Of a DNA stretch of 64,000 bases, positions 20,001 to 28,347 are shown piece after piece. Location of the stretch: NCBI GenBank assembly GCA_046735395.1, contig JBJKQR010000047.1, forward strand, positions 50,727 through 114,726, read 5' to 3'. The notes below the pieces were generated by a model, which had not been told where the DNA came from, did not search any database, and saw only the letters and a program-made list of their open reading frames with translations. The position numbers and the translations under genes are program-made. The DNA comes from Fidelibacterota bacterium. GTDB taxonomy: Bacteria; Fidelibacterota; Fidelibacteria; Fidelibacterales; DSDE01. The first letter of the stretch is position 1; every line of letters begins with the position of its first letter.

Positions 20001-20189
20001 GAAAGCGGAAGTTTTGTCAATACTGACTGGAACAAAAGCTGGAAACTGAGGCCCGTGGTCAATTATCAATTTTCCAAGAATATCAACGGATCGGTTTTCT
20101 ATGAATACGGTGAGACGTCGACGCCTCTGAACCCGAAGCGCATCAACCGGGACTTCGGCCTCTCCGCCAAAATACGGATAAGCGGATGA
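14097..20189 (+). CDS. sprA: T9SS outer-membrane translocon SprA
   Basis: 2030 aa, TTG start; SprA-like motifs YTGQEDEIVQRIDAGN, SGLFGIK, IDDFEG, TGWKLYRIPL, GEVWINELRV; beta-rich C-terminus. Confidence 0.88.
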   Translation: MKEKSVRLLKIATFCSGLIIAFLGTVIAQESDSGIQFSYRYRPLGVMPDYSEKPSGFSAMTPDSLDPLSTSYPVKISGLMLFSQPDKSGNLLVQYEMLNGFRLRLPSVVSFRDYYPLQRKRTEAQLWQDKVASTLFTEETKSKESSIELIGADIAGQRVSLRVMGNISISGRLNNQTQATQITNFNQTNTSNFILDQTQNFNIEGRIGDRLSIKVDQDSERDFNFENTLKIFYTGQEDEIVQRIDAGNIDLSLSGTQFVTGKANTSGLFGIKALLKIGPVDLTAIASVEEGQNKKTTWGGGSDSEPLKIKDHQYLRNKYFFINKEFRNSMYPLDDMGRFVIHRQVREFELYKNVPETEVGAFTATAWIDPNDTTAAVNDFAERNLFFKRLERDVDYELNENLGYFKMMSFVNPSDVIAIAYRDESVDPGSLVPVMQEGDLISQDSTVKNLKLIKPQNPQPKNPTWDLEFKNVYSLGTTNINAEGFDLKIYNSSVASPIDRDENGTYLRTFGLDNQDENGVPGVHDEIMDNNPAVLRMNDGELWFPYLEPFTSEKTDPANAIPGEFNPDLPEALSSHFLYDTTSTSLINSDSKFYIQVKYTNRSSEIQLADPMIIEGSEEITAGGVLLTRGVDYTIDYFTGHVSLITPEARNPSAALNITYNARTLFQLDKKTVAGVRAEYKFGDRNFLGSTFMYYNQSSIDDQVRVGEEPFRNMIWDINGNVGYDINWLTRAINALPLIETSDPSSIKVSGEIAQILPNPNTINNPDTGDPKGVANIDDFEGAKQTTPMGVEKNGWFPASRPVNDALSYDGREQGFLFWYNPWGDIPTRQIWPDKQTSSTMNNDVTRVLNLVLDPTVNGITGQGTGAEDKKDVWGGVMRPLYSGAWDQSESKYIEVWARGTKGILQLDLGKISEDLDLFDTTSQTIRVNHRLDTEDKPIPGTGMTTGNGILETSENIGINGLTDEQEIFYGIDPELDNYKYDQGSRDYRHANGEERNNDYFYPNTEDISNNGKLDYFNSYFSYEINLANSDYFITETEFSDGKPTGWKLYRIPLSLPVERVNSPAMTDIQIFRLIYTGCADQDTVQIAGVGLVGNEWQEIGIAADSTENYVVNDNVFKIAVVNTEDNPEYDSPRGVMGKLDPVYNVRAKEQSLAMRVQDLSPGTRTAAKKSLWDNENYMNYQSMKMFVHGDVNYPSDSTQVKFYIRMGNISGVELKDYYEIVTPVFAGWDTKNFIDLQFNDITRLKQLVVGDSINTFVSADGQTRMLYLTDESGERTGRTYKVVGSPSFSRVNYFVIGLINDTDRDYTGEVWINELRVSDPLIEKGIAFRGAVDMDIAGIASINVNGNYKDASFHQVNQQYSTTGNTDNLVDNKSVNVNIKMNPHKLLPKSWSLSMPVSLSYSDKQDIPIYVPGSDIRLSAVPDSLLRLNHSIGLSTSFKKTSKSDFWLSKYTIDRLGANFSYARTNSSDRTIRDNHSTAYKGGVSYSLNFPKGNGISYLSWIPFYGDNLESMKFYLIPSNFSYNINMNEDTRFNQPRRGASTSTYKLNMSQSTSLSYSPFDNLTAGFKRATNNNLDSLRYRKTDIIRQFDTGFRVGENENYSLNFNPKFGSVFAPRLSYTSAFRVGNTMSLPYSSTSNSRNASASFDLDPAKVFNAIFKGKDSNRPNSRPDAGRGRPSPRPRPGSKKPEKTAGKKEKKEFSLVNFISSGLGRIQPLSFNMSENRSLTNQGVVLGDSTLYRAPVNFLYRLGLSDTPSDSIAWNIVGNNASSVNTKRNLSVRSGIKIFNNITSSFNFKYDQTENNSGNNVMLNTSRGFLPLGETGSQGIPMVDWSLKWSGLNKLPFVKDYVKSLTLDHAYNGQETISKQNGEVKSFTYSMNFMPLIGLGAKFNNGISSELRYSLSHDIVNQNTDTRKTLSENGTFTITYSKKGGLHIPIPFLEDLNMQNTIDFSMNANYSTRSVYLRKIESGSFVNTDWNKSWKLRPVVNYQFSKNINGSVFYEYGETSTPLNPKRINRDFGLSAKIRISG

Positions 20190-21106
20190 TGACACGACGC
20201 ATAACCATATTTATCTCAATGATATTGCTCGCCGGATCGCTCGCAGCCGCCGACCGGCCTTTCAATGATGCGCGAGCCTTCGAATTCCTGGAAACCCAGG
20301 TGAATTTCGGGCCGCGTTTCGCCGGCGCTGAAGGCTACGAACCCATGAAAGCCTGGCTGATGAAGCAATTGAAGCCGCTGTGTGATACGCTGGTGACCCA
20401 GACCTTCAGGGCTGAAAATCCCATGACCGGTGAAAGCCATGATTATACAAATTTCATTGCCCGCATCCGTCCCGATGCCACGCCGCGTATCATGCTGTCT
20501 GCCCACTTTGACAGCCGGCCCATGGCCGATATGGACAATCTGGAGGCAAACCGCACCCAGCCTGTTCCCGCAGCCAATGACGGAGCCAGCGGTGTCGCCG
20601 TACTGCTGGAGCTCCTGTCCGTTTTATCAGCTAATGGATTCCATCCGGCACTGGATGTGGTCTTCTGGGATGCGGAGGATATGGGACGCGCCGGCAGAAG
20701 CCGCGAATTCTGTATCGGCTCCCGCTACTATGCCGAGCACCCTCTGATGCCGAAGGCCCAGGAAGGGATTCTGCTCGATATGGTGGGGGACGCCAGCCTG
20801 AATTTCTACTTCGAGGGTTACTCCATGTATTACCATCCCGGCCTGGTTTCGCGGGTCTGGACCATTGCCGATCAGCTGGGTTATCGGGATGTCTTCGTAC
20901 CCGAATTAAAGGAAACAATTTATGATGATCATCTGCCCCTGAACCAGATCGCAGGAATTCCCACCATTGATATCATCGATTTTTCCTATCCCGATGAGGG
21001 AATAAATTTCTGGCATACCGTGGAGGATACGCCGGATAAATGCAGCGCCGGAAGCCTGGGCATTACAGGACAGGTACTGCTGTCATATCTGAAGGAGACC
21101 TATTAA
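20186..21106 (+). CDS. M28-family metallopeptidase / glutaminyl cyclase-like
   Basis: Signal peptide; AHFDSRP, ANDGASG, WDAEDMG, LLDMVG, DDHLP, FWHTVEDT. Confidence 0.87.
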   Translation: MMTRRITIFISMILLAGSLAAADRPFNDARAFEFLETQVNFGPRFAGAEGYEPMKAWLMKQLKPLCDTLVTQTFRAENPMTGESHDYTNFIARIRPDATPRIMLSAHFDSRPMADMDNLEANRTQPVPAANDGASGVAVLLELLSVLSANGFHPALDVVFWDAEDMGRAGRSREFCIGSRYYAEHPLMPKAQEGILLDMVGDASLNFYFEGYSMYYHPGLVSRVWTIADQLGYRDVFVPELKETIYDDHLPLNQIAGIPTIDIIDFSYPDEGINFWHTVEDTPDKCSAGSLGITGQVLLSYLKETY

Positions 21107-21112
21107 CTTACC

Positions 21113-21940
21113 ATGATGGATTTGGTCAGACTGTTTATCCCGTTCAGCCGTGAAAATCGCGAGAGGCTGGATACGCTCATGGAGCTGGGACTCATTTCTG
21201 CCTATGAAAACACGCTGAATCGCCTCTGTGTTCTGGGGGAAAAAGACGAAGAGAAGCGGCTTTTGGCCGTCCTTGACGAATATCTGCCCGGTGTGGAGAC
21301 TGAGATTGAGGATGTGCCGGATCAGGACTGGAACCGGATCTGGCGTGAAAATTTCCGGGAACTTCCGGTGGGTAAATCCTACTGGGTCTGTCCGCCCTGG
21401 CAGACGGACGGCGCAGTTCCTGACGGCCGCCGGAGACTGGTTATCAATCCGGGGCAGGCTTTCGGCACCGGTACCCACGAGAGCACGCAGCTGATGATGG
21501 AGCTTCTGGAAGAGGTTCCGCCGGCGGGCAAGGATGTTCTGGACCTGGGCTGCGGAAGCGGTATTCTGTCGATCTGCGCATCCATTCTGGGAGCCCGCTC
21601 GGTGCAGTCTGTGGATTATGATAAAAATTTCTGTGACAATATGTCCGAGAACCTGAGTCTGAACGGCATCAGCAATGTGGAGTATTCCGTCGCCAATGTC
21701 TTCAAAATGACGGATTTTCCGGGCGAATATTGTCTTATGAATATTGAAAAACATATCATCAAACCGGCGCTGACACGGATGACGGACATGGGTGTCCGTT
21801 TTCCCGAACTGCTGCTCAGCGGCCTGCTTTCCCGGGACGAAGAGGAAATGACGGAATTTCTCCTGGGGCAGGGGTATGAGGTGTCGGTAAAACGAAATAA
21901 AGGGGAATGGCTTGGACTATACTGTACGCCGAGTATTTAA
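21113..21940 (+). CDS. prmA: Ribosomal protein L11 methyltransferase
   Basis: DWNRIW, INPGQAFGTGTHEST, VLDLGCGSGILS, LLLSGLL. Confidence 0.9.
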   Translation: MMDLVRLFIPFSRENRERLDTLMELGLISAYENTLNRLCVLGEKDEEKRLLAVLDEYLPGVETEIEDVPDQDWNRIWRENFRELPVGKSYWVCPPWQTDGAVPDGRRRLVINPGQAFGTGTHESTQLMMELLEEVPPAGKDVLDLGCGSGILSICASILGARSVQSVDYDKNFCDNMSENLSLNGISNVEYSVANVFKMTDFPGEYCLMNIEKHIIKPALTRMTDMGVRFPELLLSGLLSRDEEEMTEFLLGQGYEVSVKRNKGEWLGLYCTPSI

Positions 21941-22751
21941 GACACGGTCTCTGGCGGTATTGCTGCTATCGGCAGCAGTTCTGATGCTGGCCGGCAGCTG
22001 CGGCCCGGATCTGCCGACGCCTGCGCCGGAGCAGCTCTTTGTCTTCGGGGAGGGGAGCATCAGCTACAGCGCTCACAGCCGTGAAATCAGCATCATCGTT
22101 CCGCTGCAGACACTGAATGGCATCGATTCGGTTCAGGCCGTGGTCAGAGGGCCTTCTTCCGGAGACAGCACCATCTCGGTTCTGCTGAATGATTCCGGTG
22201 CACAGGGCGATCTGGTTGCCGGTGATCAGATCTACAGCTGTTCATACATATACAGCTTCAGTGACAGCAGTACGGGAACATTGAGAGCGAATGTCCGCGC
22301 CTGGGATCTGCAGGGAAACCTGTCGGATGCCTATGCTCTGTCTGTTCCGTTTTCAGTTGTGAATCATCCGCCCGTCATTCTGAAAATTGATACGCCCGAT
22401 ACGATGGTTCTGCCGGTCAGCGGAACGAAACTGCTCACGCTGAAAGCCTGGGTGGATGACCCGGACGGCGTGGAGGATATTGTTTCGCTCACCTATGAAA
22501 TTTTCCGTCTGAGTGACAGCACCTGGATTTCCAATACGGCGTTCCAATTGTCAGATGTGGATCCTGCGAATGAAAATATGCTCAGAGACGGATACTTCAC
22601 ATCAACAGTCAGTATTTCTTCAACCAACAGTCCGGTTCTGAATACCTTTCGCTATACGGCCAAGGATGCTTACGGAAATTTCTCCGAATCTGTTCTGGAC
22701 AGTATCCGGATGGTTCGCCCATCCAAAGGTGACGGGGAGGTGAATCCATGA
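21912..22751 (+). CDS. Lipoprotein with Ig-like / choice-of-anchor-X-like repeats
   Basis: Lipobox LAGSC; LNDSGAQGDLVAGDQIYS; VDDPDG; exact start uncertain. Confidence 0.7.
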   Translation: MDYTVRRVFKTRSLAVLLLSAAVLMLAGSCGPDLPTPAPEQLFVFGEGSISYSAHSREISIIVPLQTLNGIDSVQAVVRGPSSGDSTISVLLNDSGAQGDLVAGDQIYSCSYIYSFSDSSTGTLRANVRAWDLQGNLSDAYALSVPFSVVNHPPVILKIDTPDTMVLPVSGTKLLTLKAWVDDPDGVEDIVSLTYEIFRLSDSTWISNTAFQLSDVDPANENMLRDGYFTSTVSISSTNSPVLNTFRYTAKDAYGNFSESVLDSIRMVRPSKGDGEVNP

Positions 22752-24322
22752 GAAAATGGCTGATCGGGTTACTGATTGTCTGCGGAAGCGCCAGCGCCCA
22801 GCTCTTCAAGGCACAGAACTATAATCTTACAGAATCGGGGCAGGGCTACAGCGGTCTGGCCTCCAACGGCGTATCGGATGTGGAGGTTGTCAATGATTCT
22901 CTTATTCTCGTTGCCACTTCCAATGGGCTGAGTGTGAGTCAGGACAGCGGCCGGACCTGGCAGAGCTATCACAGCGGCGAGCAGGGCCTGGGCTATGGCG
23001 GCGTCTGCGCCATTGCCGCACTGGGCAAAAATATATGGGTTGCGACGGTCTTTGACAGCGCCGGCGTAAATGAAGTCACCGGAACCGGATCCGGAATTTC
23101 CTGGTCTCACGATGGAGGGCAGTCCTGGACGCATTTCCGCCAGATGACGGATGCGGCAGACGCGGATACGGTGATGGCTTTCGGACATGTCATCGACGCT
23201 CTGCCCGTCACCGTGCCCATTGATAATATTACCTTTGATATGACTGCTCATGTGAACAGCGACGGAGACACGCTGCTCTGGGCTGCAAGTTTTGCCGGCG
23301 GAACGAGGGTCAGCCGCGATATGGGGCGAACCTGGAAACGGGTTGTGCTGCCGCCGGATAATGCTCGTTTCCTGAATGAGGATTCGGACTTTAATTTTGA
23401 TTACAGTCCTGTTGACCGTTCGGATCTGGGCCTGGCAGGAAATTATAACCATGAATCCTTTTCGGTGCTTGCCTGGGGCGATACAGTAGTCGTGGGAACA
23501 GCTGCCGGGATCAATATCAGTACGGACTGCGGACGCAGCTGGGAAAAATTCAATCAGTCCAATTCGGGGGTTACAGGAAATTTTGTGGTTGCCCTGCACC
23601 GGTCAGAAGACGGGACTCTCTATGCCGGGGTCCTTCCGGCTCTGGGTTCGGGAGAATTTCAGTCTCTCGTTTTCAGTCATCCCGGCGCGGATGGGTACCA
23701 TTTCTGGGAACATACGCTGGATTATGAGAGGCTGTACAACGTGTCCACATCAGCCGGGAAGATTTATGCCTCCACCCAGAACGGTGTATGGCTGAGCCAG
23801 AATGCCCATGGCTGGATTCAGATGAGCCATCCGGTTTCCGAGGATGGTGAAAAACAATTGTTTTCCGACGATGTGTATGCCGCGGTTCCGGATATGCAGG
23901 GACGTATCTGGGTGGGGACCGACGACGGTCTGGCCGTGACGGATGATGACGGCATCACCTGGACGCTGTTCCGGCGTACGGGCGCTCCGGCTGTATCCTC
24001 GTCTCTTCAGATCTCCGCCTATCCCAATCCTTTTTCTCCCAGCCGCATGAATACGTTTCAGGGAGACGGGTATACACGGGTCCAGTGTGTATTTCCCGGG
24101 GACGGCAAGGTGGATATTGCCATTTTTGATTTCAGCATGTATCGTGTCCTCTCTCTGGTAAAGGATGAGGCCGTGGTGCGTGGCATGAGGGAATTTGCCT
24201 GGGATGGCCGTAATGCCCTGGGTGACATCTGTGCCAATGGCGTCTATTTTGTCAGGGTGGACTATACAAAAAACAATGGCGGGCGCAGTGCTGCCTGGAC
24301 TAAAATAATAATACTGGAATAG
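22748..24322 (+). CDS. Asp-box/BNR beta-propeller protein with T9SS CTD (PorZ-like)
   Basis: Repeats SQDSGRTW, SHDGGQSW, SRDMGRTW, STDCGRSW, TDDDGITW; CTD AYPNPFSP...WDGRNALG...ANGVYFVRV. Confidence 0.78.
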   Translation: MRKWLIGLLIVCGSASAQLFKAQNYNLTESGQGYSGLASNGVSDVEVVNDSLILVATSNGLSVSQDSGRTWQSYHSGEQGLGYGGVCAIAALGKNIWVATVFDSAGVNEVTGTGSGISWSHDGGQSWTHFRQMTDAADADTVMAFGHVIDALPVTVPIDNITFDMTAHVNSDGDTLLWAASFAGGTRVSRDMGRTWKRVVLPPDNARFLNEDSDFNFDYSPVDRSDLGLAGNYNHESFSVLAWGDTVVVGTAAGINISTDCGRSWEKFNQSNSGVTGNFVVALHRSEDGTLYAGVLPALGSGEFQSLVFSHPGADGYHFWEHTLDYERLYNVSTSAGKIYASTQNGVWLSQNAHGWIQMSHPVSEDGEKQLFSDDVYAAVPDMQGRIWVGTDDGLAVTDDDGITWTLFRRTGAPAVSSSLQISAYPNPFSPSRMNTFQGDGYTRVQCVFPGDGKVDIAIFDFSMYRVLSLVKDEAVVRGMREFAWDGRNALGDICANGVYFVRVDYTKNNGGRSAAWTKIIILE

Positions 24323-24328
24323 CGCGAA

Positions 24329-25243
24329 ATGAAAAAAACAGCACTTCTTTTATTCATATTGGCATATGCAGCTCTGGCTGCAGACCGCAGCAGCGGCGGT
24401 ATGGCCGGTGCCTATCAGCGCATGCCCCAGGATGCCCGATCAGCCGCCATGGGAAACGGGGCGGGAGCCGTGACCAATGATATCAATGCCATTTTTGACA
24501 ATCCTGCACTGACGGCCACACTCAGTGAGAAACAGGTCAGCAGCAATGTGGAATTTCTCAGTCTGGACCGGTCCCTGAACAGTCTGAGCTTCGGACTTCC
24601 CGTGAAACCCAGCGCCGGGATTGCTTTTGTCTGGCAGCACGCCGGTGTGGGAAATATTCAGGGACGGGATTTTGCCAATAATCCCACCGAAATCTACAGC
24701 AGCAGCCAGGATGTTTTCATCGTCAGCTTTGCCAATAATTTTTCGCCTGATCTGTCTGTGGGAATTGCCACGAAAATAATGATGGACAAGCTTCAGACAA
24801 CGTCTGCATCGGGGCTGGGAATCGATGCCGGTATATCCTGGCGCCCGATGTCCTGGGTGTCGCTGGCTGCCTCGGCGCGCGATCTCAAGTCGGATGTTAC
24901 CTGGGATACGGAAAAATTGTATGAATTCGGTGGACGGCGCGTGGATAAGCTGCCCACACGCTATCTCCTGTCACTGGCGATTCAGCCCGCTTCGAATCTC
25001 ACGTTCAGCGGATCCTGGAAAGGAAGTCAGGAGATTTTCCCCACCTGGCACGCCGGAATGGAATACGTGGTTTCACCGCTTCTGCAGATGCGTGCCGGAC
25101 TGGATGACGGAATGCCCGCACTCGGCTTCGGCATGGAATATCACGCCTGGAAGACCTTATCCGCACGTCTCGATTATGCGTTTCTGTATGGCCGGGCTTC
25201 AGAAGGAGCGGGACATCTTTTTTCCATGCAGTTCTTTTTTTAA
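24329..25243 (+). CDS. PorV/PorQ-family outer-membrane beta-barrel
   Basis: Signal peptide; DARSAAMG, AIFDNPA; amphipathic strands; C-terminal Phe. Confidence 0.82.
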   Translation: MKKTALLLFILAYAALAADRSSGGMAGAYQRMPQDARSAAMGNGAGAVTNDINAIFDNPALTATLSEKQVSSNVEFLSLDRSLNSLSFGLPVKPSAGIAFVWQHAGVGNIQGRDFANNPTEIYSSSQDVFIVSFANNFSPDLSVGIATKIMMDKLQTTSASGLGIDAGISWRPMSWVSLAASARDLKSDVTWDTEKLYEFGGRRVDKLPTRYLLSLAIQPASNLTFSGSWKGSQEIFPTWHAGMEYVVSPLLQMRAGLDDGMPALGFGMEYHAWKTLSARLDYAFLYGRASEGAGHLFSMQFFF

Positions 25244-25261
25244 TATTATCCGGGGGTTTTT

Positions 25262-26092
25262 ATGATCAGAGATCATCGATATATGGCCGTCATGATCCTG
25301 CTGTTGGTCAGCAGTTTCAGCTGGCTGATGGCGGACAACAGCGGTTATTTCTTCCTGGAATTGCCCGAATCGAATACAACCGGATTCTGTCCCCTGTACA
25401 CGAGCCGGACTCTGAGTGATTCAGGTTCGCAGCTTTCCTTCAGCTATGGCGGATGGCATAGTGGCGGACAGCTCAGTCACCTGTTCTGGTCAGATGGACA
25501 GTGGTCCGCCGGCCTGGATATGCTCGGAGTGACAGGAATAGATATACGGGGAACGGCACCCAGTGATGAACCTGTGGGGGAGACAGCCTGGTATACCGGT
25601 GCCTTCCGTGTAGGACGCTCGGAAACCATCGGCAGGTCACGGGTCTATCTTCGTATGAATCTGCTCTTCGAAAAATTGTACTATGCGTCGGCCCGGGCAG
25701 CCTCGGCCGATCTGTTTCTGGACCACCCCGTATCTGCGAACGGAACGGTCTATGTCTCTGTTCAGAATTTCGGGACCAGCGAAAAGCTGGATAAAGAGGC
25801 CAGCTTGCTTCCTCTCGCGCTCAGGGCCGGTTTTCAGCTGCGCGGATCTTTTTTTGATGCCGCCGTGAATGGTGGCTGGCACCGGAACGGCAATGTATTT
25901 CTGGAATCCCTGGTAAATCTGAATTATCATGATATGGCCGGGCTTCATGTTTCCTGGTCCTCCCTTCAGCAGGCCTGGCATGTGAGTCCTACGGTCCGGA
26001 CCGGACGTTTTGAATTCGGTGTCGGGAAATATTTCTATGCCCGGGGGCTTGATTCCCCCTATATGCTGTCCTTTTCCATGGATCTTCAATGA
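25262..26092 (+). CDS. Divergent PorV-family beta-barrel
   Basis: Signal peptide; PSDEPVGE, SVQNFG...LPLALRAG; N-terminal ARxxAMG segment missing. Confidence 0.62.
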   Translation: MIRDHRYMAVMILLLVSSFSWLMADNSGYFFLELPESNTTGFCPLYTSRTLSDSGSQLSFSYGGWHSGGQLSHLFWSDGQWSAGLDMLGVTGIDIRGTAPSDEPVGETAWYTGAFRVGRSETIGRSRVYLRMNLLFEKLYYASARAASADLFLDHPVSANGTVYVSVQNFGTSEKLDKEASLLPLALRAGFQLRGSFFDAAVNGGWHRNGNVFLESLVNLNYHDMAGLHVSWSSLQQAWHVSPTVRTGRFEFGVGKYFYARGLDSPYMLSFSMDLQ

Positions 26093-26685
26093 AATATGGC
26101 AAGCTTCTGATTCTGTCTGTCATTTTGCTGGCAAGCGTTTCGGCCTGTGAAAACCTGCTGGGAGTCCGGGATGTGGAAAAACCGGATGGCAACACGACAA
26201 ATCCCTGGATACCGGCTACACAGGGAGACAAGGTGTTTACGAATCTGGAATCCGTTTTTTCAAAGAGAAGCAAAGACTATTACCTGTACAATTTTTTTCA
26301 CAGTGACAGCAGTGAGGGGAAACATTTCCGCTTTGTGCCCAGCCCCGCCTCCCAGGCCAGCTACCCGGGAAAGTTCGACAGCTGGACCCTCGATAATGAG
26401 TACGCCTGGTTTTCGGCGCTGAATTCCCTGCTGCCGGCCGATTCAACTCTCAGCCTGAGTTTCAGCAATATTGTTCAGTATTCGGATCTGGGTGATTCAT
26501 TGAAATACGAGGCTGACTACACGATTCGGGCACATCTGGCCACGAAAGACCTGCCCGGCATTTACAGCGGCCACTCCTATTTTACGCTTATCCGGGACAG
26601 TGACAATACCTGGGTTATATTGTACTGGGAAGACATCAACAGCACGGGAGAACCGGATTGGTCCATGCTAAAAGCACAATTTTAG
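26089..26685 (+). CDS. Uncharacterised lipoprotein (possible NTF2-like fold)
   Basis: Lipobox VSAC; ends GHSYFTLIRDSDNTWVILYWED; ATGA overlap with the upstream gene. Confidence 0.72.
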   Translation: MKYGKLLILSVILLASVSACENLLGVRDVEKPDGNTTNPWIPATQGDKVFTNLESVFSKRSKDYYLYNFFHSDSSEGKHFRFVPSPASQASYPGKFDSWTLDNEYAWFSALNSLLPADSTLSLSFSNIVQYSDLGDSLKYEADYTIRAHLATKDLPGIYSGHSYFTLIRDSDNTWVILYWEDINSTGEPDWSMLKAQF

Positions 26686-27218
26686 GCGTCTGTATTCTTA
26701 TTTTGTCAGCCTGCCACAATATTTTTGCACCTCCCTACGGCGATGTAAGCGGAAAAAATGTGCTGTACCGAACGAGCCTTGATTCACCGGATGCCGTTCT
26801 CTATAATTTCCAGTATGCCTATTGCTATCAGGACAGTTTTATCTACTCCACTCTCATTGATTCTGATTTTGTGTTTTTGTATTATGAACCTCAGGATGAG
26901 GGTGGCAGCGGGCACTATGCCTCATGGGGACGCGATATCGAACTGAAAACCACCGGTGGACTGCTGCGGGCTTTCTCATATATAAGTTTGACCTGGGATG
27001 CCACACTTGACAGCAACTATTCATATGTGGAGGGCGGGGAGACGCTGAAAATGGAAGACAGCTGGTTTGACAGCTGTAATTACGCATATATGCAGAAGGG
27101 TTTCCAGCTGAATATCGGTGAGAATATTTACCTGGTGGGAAACGCGCGTTTTGAATTCAGAAAAAACAGCCGGGACGGGCAGTGGCGATTGACTGCCTGG
27201 CGGGATGAATCCTTCTGA
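26658..27218 (+). CDS. Uncharacterised lipoprotein, probable paralog of the upstream gene
   Basis: TTG start; lipobox LSAC; ends GNARFEFRKNSRDGQWRLTAWRDES. Confidence 0.72.
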   Translation: MVHAKSTILGVCILILSACHNIFAPPYGDVSGKNVLYRTSLDSPDAVLYNFQYAYCYQDSFIYSTLIDSDFVFLYYEPQDEGGSGHYASWGRDIELKTTGGLLRAFSYISLTWDATLDSNYSYVEGGETLKMEDSWFDSCNYAYMQKGFQLNIGENIYLVGNARFEFRKNSRDGQWRLTAWRDESF

Positions 27219-27229
27219 AAGGGTACAGA

Positions 27230-28324
27230 ATGCCGGAATGGTTTAGGAAAAAACATGCAGTCTGGAGTCTGTTGGCGGTAGTCCTGACCGTCTTGCTGGT
27301 GGTAAGCCTGAATTATCTCCGGAAGGAAATCGGCCGCGAAGGCCGGCAGCTGAAAATTAAGCGGACGCTTGAACTGAGAATTGTACCCCTGCTGAAATCG
27401 AAATATTTCGGTTTTAACCAGAGGGATAATCTGGTTTATAATCAGAATTATCTGTATGCTTCCTTCACCTATCCCTACGACAGTAATATTGATGTCAAGC
27501 TGAACCAGCTGACCCATCATATTCAGCGCTATGGCATGGAAGGGGACTTCTCCAATGATTTTGAACAGCAACGGATCGTGTACCGGATCCGGAAGGATGG
27601 ACGGCAGATCGCGCTGTTTCATATGATACGGGGTCAAAAACCGTCAACGGGAGAAATGATTCTCATCCTGGATGATTTCGGATATAATCTCAATGAGACG
27701 ACTGCCGACTTTCTGGCAATGAAGGTTCCCCTGAATATTTCAGTAATACCCGGCCACCAGTTCAGCCGGCAGATCGCTGATATGGCGGTCCGCGCCGGGC
27801 AGGAAGTGATGATTCATATGCCGATGGAACCTTTTGATTATTCCGGGGGAGAGGAAGATTACATACTGAAGACATCCATGAGCAATTATGAGATCGGCCG
27901 CAGACTGCAGATGGCCTTTGAGGAACTGCCCATGGCCCGGGCCATGAATAATCACATGGGATCGAAGGCCACCTCCGATCCGGATCTGATGAGGTCTCTG
28001 GCCCGAATGCTGAGCCAGAAACGAATGATTTTTGTGGACAGCTATACTTATGGCGGTTCCAAGGCCGGTGATATTTTACCGTCTTATGGTGTATTTACTC
28101 TGAAACGCGATGTATTTCTGGATAATGAATCGGATTTGGGGTATATCCAGGGGCAGATCCGACAGGCTCTGCGTATCGCAGAACGAACCGGTATGGTAGT
28201 TGCGATCGGCCATGACAGGCCTGGAACCTACCGGGCCCTGAAGGAAATGCTTCCCGAGATCCGCAGACGGGGAATTTCTCTGATCCGTATTTCTAAATAT
28301 TTTAACGACAGAGTGCCTGCCTGA
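27230..28324 (+). CDS. Divergent polysaccharide deacetylase (YibQ family)
   Basis: N-terminal TM; ILDDFGY, HMPMEP, NNHMGS, FVDSYT, RDVFLDN, AIGH. Confidence 0.9.
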   Translation: MPEWFRKKHAVWSLLAVVLTVLLVVSLNYLRKEIGREGRQLKIKRTLELRIVPLLKSKYFGFNQRDNLVYNQNYLYASFTYPYDSNIDVKLNQLTHHIQRYGMEGDFSNDFEQQRIVYRIRKDGRQIALFHMIRGQKPSTGEMILILDDFGYNLNETTADFLAMKVPLNISVIPGHQFSRQIADMAVRAGQEVMIHMPMEPFDYSGGEEDYILKTSMSNYEIGRRLQMAFEELPMARAMNNHMGSKATSDPDLMRSLARMLSQKRMIFVDSYTYGGSKAGDILPSYGVFTLKRDVFLDNESDLGYIQGQIRQALRIAERTGMVVAIGHDRPGTYRALKEMLPEIRRRGISLIRISKYFNDRVPA

Positions 28325-28347
28325 CTCTGTATCAGAAGGGAGATAAA

